NCBI GenBank assembly: GCA_002633005.1
Contig: NMRA01000218.1
Coordinates: 606,239-670,238 of the forward strand
Source of the DNA: Phoronis australis
Lineage: Eukaryota > Animalia > Phoronida
DNA: 64,000 nucleotides
Direction of reading: 5' to 3'
Both the position numbers and the translations under genes were made by a program. Positions 57,861 to 64,000 of the stretch are shown here, one piece after another (within the stretch, counting starts at the first letter, position 1; the number at the start of each line of letters is the position of its first letter). A model generated the notes under the pieces. It was not told where the DNA came from. It ran no database searches and saw only the letters and a program-made list of their open reading frames with translations.

Positions 57861-58448
57861 AGTTGAGTATTCATTTATCTCAGTTGATGACTAACTCATT
57901 TCAGTTATATTGCATCATCAATTTTAACACCGAGATTGCCGGGTTCAGCAGTTATCGTAAATGAAATTACTTTCCAGATGCTAAATATAATTAGTTTACA
58001 TTTCATTTCATGAATCATGATTTTTTACACCTGAAATTGGACACAAATTGGCAATAGGGCCTCAGCTATTTCTACACTAGGCCTACTAGCAAAGATCTTT
58101 GTTACTAGTGGGCTACGGCGTTCATTGTTTTTTTATCTTCTTGAACGAAATAGCCTAGCTTTCATATTCCCCAATGCTCTCGGTCAGGCGAGAATGGGCT
58201 TGATATAGCAAACCGAGTAAAGACTGACGTCAGTAGCTGCTGGATGATCTAATCAAGTATAGACTAGTAGACCTACTGAAAAAAAATTATATCTATCCTC
58301 CACAACCAGCTCACTCCGCTACTACAACACAACCAACTCGGACAGAATGTTTTTGACCAACTACTGAGTGAGAATCATCGTCATAGGCATCACGCTTGTG
58401 AACGCAGCTCGGGCCTGAAACTGTCGCTGTGATTGTGATCCACTACGG

Positions 58449-59128
58449 CAGGGCTCGACATTAACGGTAGGCCGACCGCCCGGGACAACCAATTTGTTGG
58501 TCCGGACAAGCTCACGGCCAAGCAGCTTGTCCGGCAGGACGGATCTTGCAACTGGTAACCAAACCAAAAGGGTGTGAAATCACCAAGCAATAGTATGAAA
58601 CCAATAAACGAAACAGGAATTCCTTCCAAAATGAAAGAAAGATTTTGACTGGATACCGTACGGTTTGATAGCGACCAGAAGTAAAATGTGTTGTGTCCCG
58701 TGTGAAAAATACGCCCGACGCAAACAGTTCATCTGTTGCGCATGGGTCAGATGTGTTCAGGATCGAATCTTTGAAAAGTCATGAACAGTCGACCATGATG
58801 GCTCACTCAGCAGCTCAGTTATAAAAATACATTATATAACTGAATTGAAAAGCCAGGGTAAACTTGTAGCGTGTTCACTGGTGAAATCCAAATACAAATA
58901 CCCATATTAATAAACTTGTATAAAATTCAAATGTCGTGTAATATATGCACCTACACATGTTTATTGAACTTGTATTAACAGGTATAATATGCGACATTCA
59001 CATATGTTTGAAAAGTATAATTTGAGTTTAATTATATTTGGACAAGTGTCTTATAGGTCAGGACAAGTAAATTTCGTTTCTACTTGTCCGACTAGACAAG
59101 TTAAAATAAAAGTTAATGTCGAGCCCTG
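58449..59128 (+). mobile_element. Internally deleted hAT element with a decayed transposase zinc-finger remnant
   Basis: Perfect 17-bp TIR CAGGGCTCGACATTAAC/GTTAATGTCGAGCCCTG. 58617-58795 reads FLPK*KKDFDWI...KMCCVPCEKY, then after a frameshift GSDVFRIESLKSHEQS. Confidence 0.85.
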
Positions 59129-60160
59129 ATACGTCAGAGCTACATGATCTCGCAAACCCGGCCGAATCGATAACTTGAACATTCCAGAACAGTTCCAGAA
59201 GTGAAATAGCATGTCAGCGTTGTGAAATCCCGGTGGTCGCAACGTGTACTTCGCAGAAGCTGACAAAAGACATGTTTAGACCCGGCAGTCTACAATTGAA
59301 ACTACCGGTAAAGACAAGCATAAGTGAGTATACTCGGAGCAAAATGTTTGTGAACTAAAACGCGGAGAAAAACAAGGTTTTACTGCTGACAACACAGTGG
59401 ACATCGAAGGCATTTTCATGTTGTTTCAGCACTGGAATACTGATGTCAACTGCCGGGAGGGCCTGAGTCACTCCGGCCCCGGCGGGCGTGGGGACCGTGA
59501 CCGGGGAGGCGGGGTCTGGGCGGGGGCCCGAGTCCCCGTAAAATTTTGAGAATTCAAGTCTCATGCGATGCCTTTTTGCATACTTTATGGAAATCATTGG
59601 CCAGGTAGGCGCCGGATATGCCGGACCGGTGCGTCTATGCAACAGAGTCACTTCAGAAATGCTTAGCCTACAAAGTGATCGATTAGCGTTGGCATCAAAA
59701 TGTTCGTTTTTGGTCATAACATGAGGATAAAATAACCTCTTTATTAGCTTCAAACTTTAGTCGTTATTGGGAATTCTTGATGGAAAGCCCCGCTATTCAC
59801 TAATTTTGTACCTGTCTAGTTTCCAAAAAGGTAAGCAAGGTCAGGCGCAATTACTGAAAGACCCATTTCACAAGGCGTCTCGACAATAGCCATTCAGATC
59901 AAGTGGTGAGACGGCGGGACATTTCACGAAGTATAGTTATTCTAAAATTCATACGCCCGTATATTTATATTATTATATTTCCATGCTGGAAAAAGGTCAC
60001 GCAAATCATTCTATTGAATTGAGCGCATGGCGACCTTTAAATGCAAAGTAGTCACGGTGAATCCGTCTACAACATATTCCAAGCAATTTCCGAGCATAAC
60101 CTCACATTTGTGAAAAATCTCGGTAATTCTCCGATTTCATGTGTTGTCGTTTCGTAACCG

Positions 60161-60277
60161 GGTGTGCGTTCAGTAACGCTAGGCCCTAGCTAAAATCTAG
60201 CCAACCTCACGTGCTCTCAGTTAAAATACTCGACAGTGTCTCACGTAATCTCGCCTAGCGTTACTGAACGGGAGGCG
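60161..60277. mobile_element. Short MITE, same family as 30174-30327
   Basis: CGTTCAGTAACGCTAGG...CCTAGCGTTACTGAACG inverted ends. Confidence 0.8.
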
Positions 60278-60490
60278 GATCTAATTTTTAGATTGGGAGT
60301 AGGGCTCCGCGCAGACAAAAAATGGCGTCGGTGGAGCATACTGTTTGTCATACCGAAGGTCTAATCTTAGGAGATTGTGGCCACTTGCAAGGAACAAGTA
60401 GCTATAGGGACTCAACCAAGTTCCCCAAGTCTCATGCGTATTTGTGGTTTAGTTTAATCACAAATAACATGTTTTTCTATCTTCATCAGA

Positions 60491-60645
60491 CAGGGGCGGA
60501 TCCAGGATTTTTATTTAGGGGGGTCCAGGGCAGAGTATCAGCCAGGATTTTGCCCGTCAGACGGCGCACCCCCGAACTGCCAAATGGAATCTGGGAGAGT
60601 TTTAGGGGACCATGGCCCCCTTGGCCCCCTCTAAATCCGCCACTG
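60491..60645. mobile_element. GC-rich MITE
   Basis: Ends CAGGGGCGGAT/ATCCGCCACTG with GGGGG/CCCCC subterminal tracts. Confidence 0.75.
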
Positions 60646-61293
60646 TCAGGAACTGCTCTTTGAATAATATGTTTTGTAATAAAATATCTAAAAGCTGCAT
60701 TGTGCCCCAATGAAAACGAATAGGGATTTAGTCCTTCAACTAGGGCCGTAAGATGAAAAGTTCCCTGTATATATTATGAGAAGTCACCGTAGAGTTTACT
60801 CTCAGTCAATATCAAAGCCAGAAATTGACTTACAGTGAGTAATGAAGATAAAACAGCATAAGAAAGACGATCAGTGTTTTCACATGTCCACAAATGCGGT
60901 GAAAGTGGGAGACTGCTTAGAATTTTTATCATGTAACAAGTTAACCCAAGAGGCCCGACGGAGATCAATTGCCTTTTCAAGTCCACTTGCACTGTGATCT
61001 GTGCAGATACATCCACGGGGCAATGCATGTTTTTATAAATATTTCACAACATACCTGCTTCATAAAGCATGTGCTGGCAGTTGCGGAAAATCGTACATAA
61101 AAAGGTCGAAACGGTGGATTTTGTACAGTATACAAAGCGGCTACTTATATTAGTGACTTTGTCTTTTAAAAGTTGGTCCGCACACCACCATAGGCTGTTA
61201 TTTCAAATTCCTCAGCTATTTCACATTTACCAAATTGTCATTTTTACTAGTGCTTAGTCGCAGACAAGTAACATTGCTAAATTTATTTTCAGA

Positions 61294-61920
61294 ATGTCTT
61301 CCCACAACATCTCCGGAATATTTGAAATTCACCTTACGGTGACAATAAATGGCGACAGTGGCGTACAGCAATTCAAGAAGGCATGCAAAGACCTGAACGT
61401 TAAACCCGTTTGGATCGAACTTCCTTATGGGGAATCGCCAAAACAGCTTATGACGTCATCGCATCACCCGGGCACATTCGCCAGTGTTTTCCAAGTAATG
61501 ACGCAACTTGCAGCTAACCTGAGGTCGAGGAAATTTGATATTATCAGGCAGAAAATAGAAGCGGGGTTTTCTGCAAAGGGCTTGCCCGAATATTCAACAG
61601 ATGTTTACGACCCCAGGCTATACTTCGAATTTCACTACAAAATCGTCCTGAGCAACGAAGAAGATAAACAGAAATTATCAAATTTCGCTAAAGACAACGG
61701 CGTGCACATGTCCCGATCCGCTTTTAAGACTAATCGTACAGACGGAAGTTTCCTCAACTTCGTAACCTTACGATGCTATGGAGTGGGCAGGAACGATGCC
61801 CGTGTTCATTACGAAAGAGTCAAAACTGCTTTGGAATCAGGAGGTTTTACACTGGAGGCTGTGCATAGAGAGTTTGCATGCTACGACTCTAACCTAACAT
61901 TAGACAAAGGATGGGCCTGA
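61294..61920 (+). CDS. Uncharacterised 208-aa protein with an intronless CDS and two tandem FExH-containing domains; prokaryote/virus-like
   Basis: Clean ATG-to-TGA ORF with globular composition, preceded by a splice acceptor (TTTATTTTCAG|A-ATG). Motifs FEIHLTV, RQKIE, YFEFHYK, HMSRS, FVTLR and REFACYDSNLTLDKGW. Confidence 0.85.
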   Translation: MSSHNISGIFEIHLTVTINGDSGVQQFKKACKDLNVKPVWIELPYGESPKQLMTSSHHPGTFASVFQVMTQLAANLRSRKFDIIRQKIEAGFSAKGLPEYSTDVYDPRLYFEFHYKIVLSNEEDKQKLSNFAKDNGVHMSRSAFKTNRTDGSFLNFVTLRCYGVGRNDARVHYERVKTALESGGFTLEAVHREFACYDSNLTLDKGWA

Positions 61921-64000
61921 ATAGAGACCCACAAGTCCATTATGACCAGTTAATCATTTATTAACAGATATGCATATCCTGGTTTATCTACTGAATTTCG
62001 TGTGTGCAATATTTAGAATAATTTCTTCTTCGTATTTTTATGTTGGAAATTGTCAGGATTTTAAAATTTATCTACCAATATTAATTTACATAGAAATGAC
62101 TGGGAAAATCTATTTATATTTTAAATGTGCCAACATATATTTTACTTTTGAGCGCTAGACCTATCGGTTATGAACTATACATTGTGTGCAGTGCTTGATT
62201 GTAATGGTATTTATTCACAATAACGTTATTACCTTTTTGCTGCGTTTCTTATTGCTTGCACATCGCAGTCGAGGACACTCATTCACACGACAGTGATTGG
62301 TTACTATCAATGTCTCTTCTACACAAAATCTAAAAAGATGTAAATATTTATAAAGATACCATTTCCTTGAAATTTGGAAGGTGCTCATATCAAACGCGTG
62401 TTTGCCCATTTTTCTGACATGAATTATTACCGTCAAAGATGGTCGGTTGTGTTTAGTGAGTGGGAGATACATGCAGTTCTGAATGAGCGATGGTATAGAA
62501 CACATCTGCCACCATGCGAGCAGTTTAGGAGTTACTGTCGCGAACGCCGGACGAATGGACGGCCGGACGGACACCGCCACTGGTAACTTTCTTTATTTTT
62601 GCCATTAACAATTAAGCGAAATTCCTTGCATTCAGTGGAGAGAAATAGACAAAGCCCCTTATGTTACGAAATTCAAGAATATTTTATATTTAAGCAAAAA
62701 CTTTTGAAATAAAATACTTAGATATGATACAAGAAAATTTATGATATCGCTTGAAGTCATTTTTATTCATATTTACATGCGCCTAATCAAAATTCTTGAT
62801 TACTCGAACTATATGACGAGTTCTTTAATATGTTACGGTAACTAATTCCTAAAAAGCTTGATAATGTAAACGCATGAGCTTCATTCGCACACGCCTACAA
62901 TAAAAAATTAATGATGTCCTTCAAAAGACTGTATAAAACAACTCTTCCAAACTACTTCAGTAGTAGTTCTTCAGGCGATAATTTACCATTAACACATTAC
63001 GAAAGTTGCTAAAATTAGAGAATATTTTTAGTCAACAGCAGTCTATTCAAAAACGTATTTATGTTTCTGAGTGGCACACCCAAATGACATCAGTTTCCGC
63101 AACCTTTCCGTCATTCTGAAGCTATTCTGAATTAAAAGACACCAGGAACCACACCACTCACCCACAGACAGGTGTGTTCCGTTGATGCAGGACATTCTCG
63201 AGTACAGCGAGAGTGATAACGTGTTTCGCTTTCTCGTAGATGGTGATATAATGTGCAAACTTGCATGATCTAGCCGATTTCCAACAAGAAAGTTACCTTA
63301 CGGCCATCGTACACGAAGTCCATGTATATTTACAAAGCAATGTCTCTCCAGTTCAAGTAGTTGTCGATTCCACACTTTGTTCTAAAACAACAATTATACA
63401 ACATTTGCTAAAAAGCCTCGGTATTCTGCTTACAAGTCATGCTATAAACAGAATATCTCATGTCGCTAACACCATGCAAAACACCCCGACTATTGATGAC
63501 AGTAGTATGCACTGCCGTTAGTGATACTGAAGTCTGGTGTGTTTTAATACTGTAACCGGAGTCAGCCGGGTTAAGATTTTAAAGAACTAACCCCTTGCAA
63601 AGAAATCAAGAACCGATGGAATTTGGACGGTAACTTTTGATCTTTCAGTATTGTACTAAGATTGAGCAACTGAAAATGATTCGGGTATGAGTAAATTATC
63701 TTCACTCATTGGCTCCAGCATCAAGAGCTCGCTTTCTTGCAATAGTGCGCCCCCTGTGGCAAATATATAAAGCTCCATCAAACACGTTTCCAGGTATACT
63801 ATGTTATGGCTACTCTATTGACAAAGCGGACAATCAGATAATAGGTCTGCCTGTTGAACTCAAGGTTATATTAGTTTATTGAATCTAACACACAGTGAAA
63901 GCAACATGGCGACCCACGGGAGTGGACAGATTGCGCAAGAGCAGTTACTGACGAAAAACTGAGTGGGAATCTAGTAATAATGCAGTTGTCCATGTACTTT

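Noticed and set aside
60322-60663. ATG at 60322 as an upstream coding exon of the 61294 gene
   Set aside because: The nearest plausible donor gives phase 1 whereas the 61293 acceptor needs phase 2, and the ORF runs into a MITE.
63043-63521. Possible exon(s) of a neighbouring gene near the right edge
   Set aside because: A minus-strand acceptor near 63383 exists, but all frames stop quickly and no recognisable protein emerges.
63744-63762. CTCF-like sites (also ~14935 and ~57785)
   Set aside because: Only partial consensus matches; not supportable without a PWM scan or ChIP data.

Overview
This is animal (invertebrate-like) genomic DNA from a draft assembly, with GT-AG spliced genes, AT-rich introns, four single-N contig joins and one N gap. 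I reconstructed three spliced genes exon by exon. NDC80 is on the minus strand with 13 coding exons and runs off the left edge. A TAB2/TAB3-family adaptor is on the plus strand (CUE, coiled coil, NZF, then an unusual ~107-aa post-NZF tail). RBBP4/RBBP7 is on the minus strand with 11 exons and 425 aa. A fourth gene at 61294-61920 has an intronless 208-aa CDS that resembles no animal family I know and looks like a prokaryote/virus-type tandem-domain protein, so it is a horizontal-transfer candidate. Introns and intergenic DNA are rich in non-autonomous DNA transposons. RBBP4 intron 1 holds a nest of hAT-type and Mutator-type elements that can be resolved by their target-site duplications (TSDs). 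Minisatellites repeatedly sit on splice junctions. Three apparent tandem duplications (7.6-10.4, 15.9-19.1 and 40.0-45.3 kb) each pivot on a single N and are most likely uncollapsed haplotypes. They incidentally show a transposon presence/absence polymorphism and a VNTR. All calls are by eye; no database searches were run.
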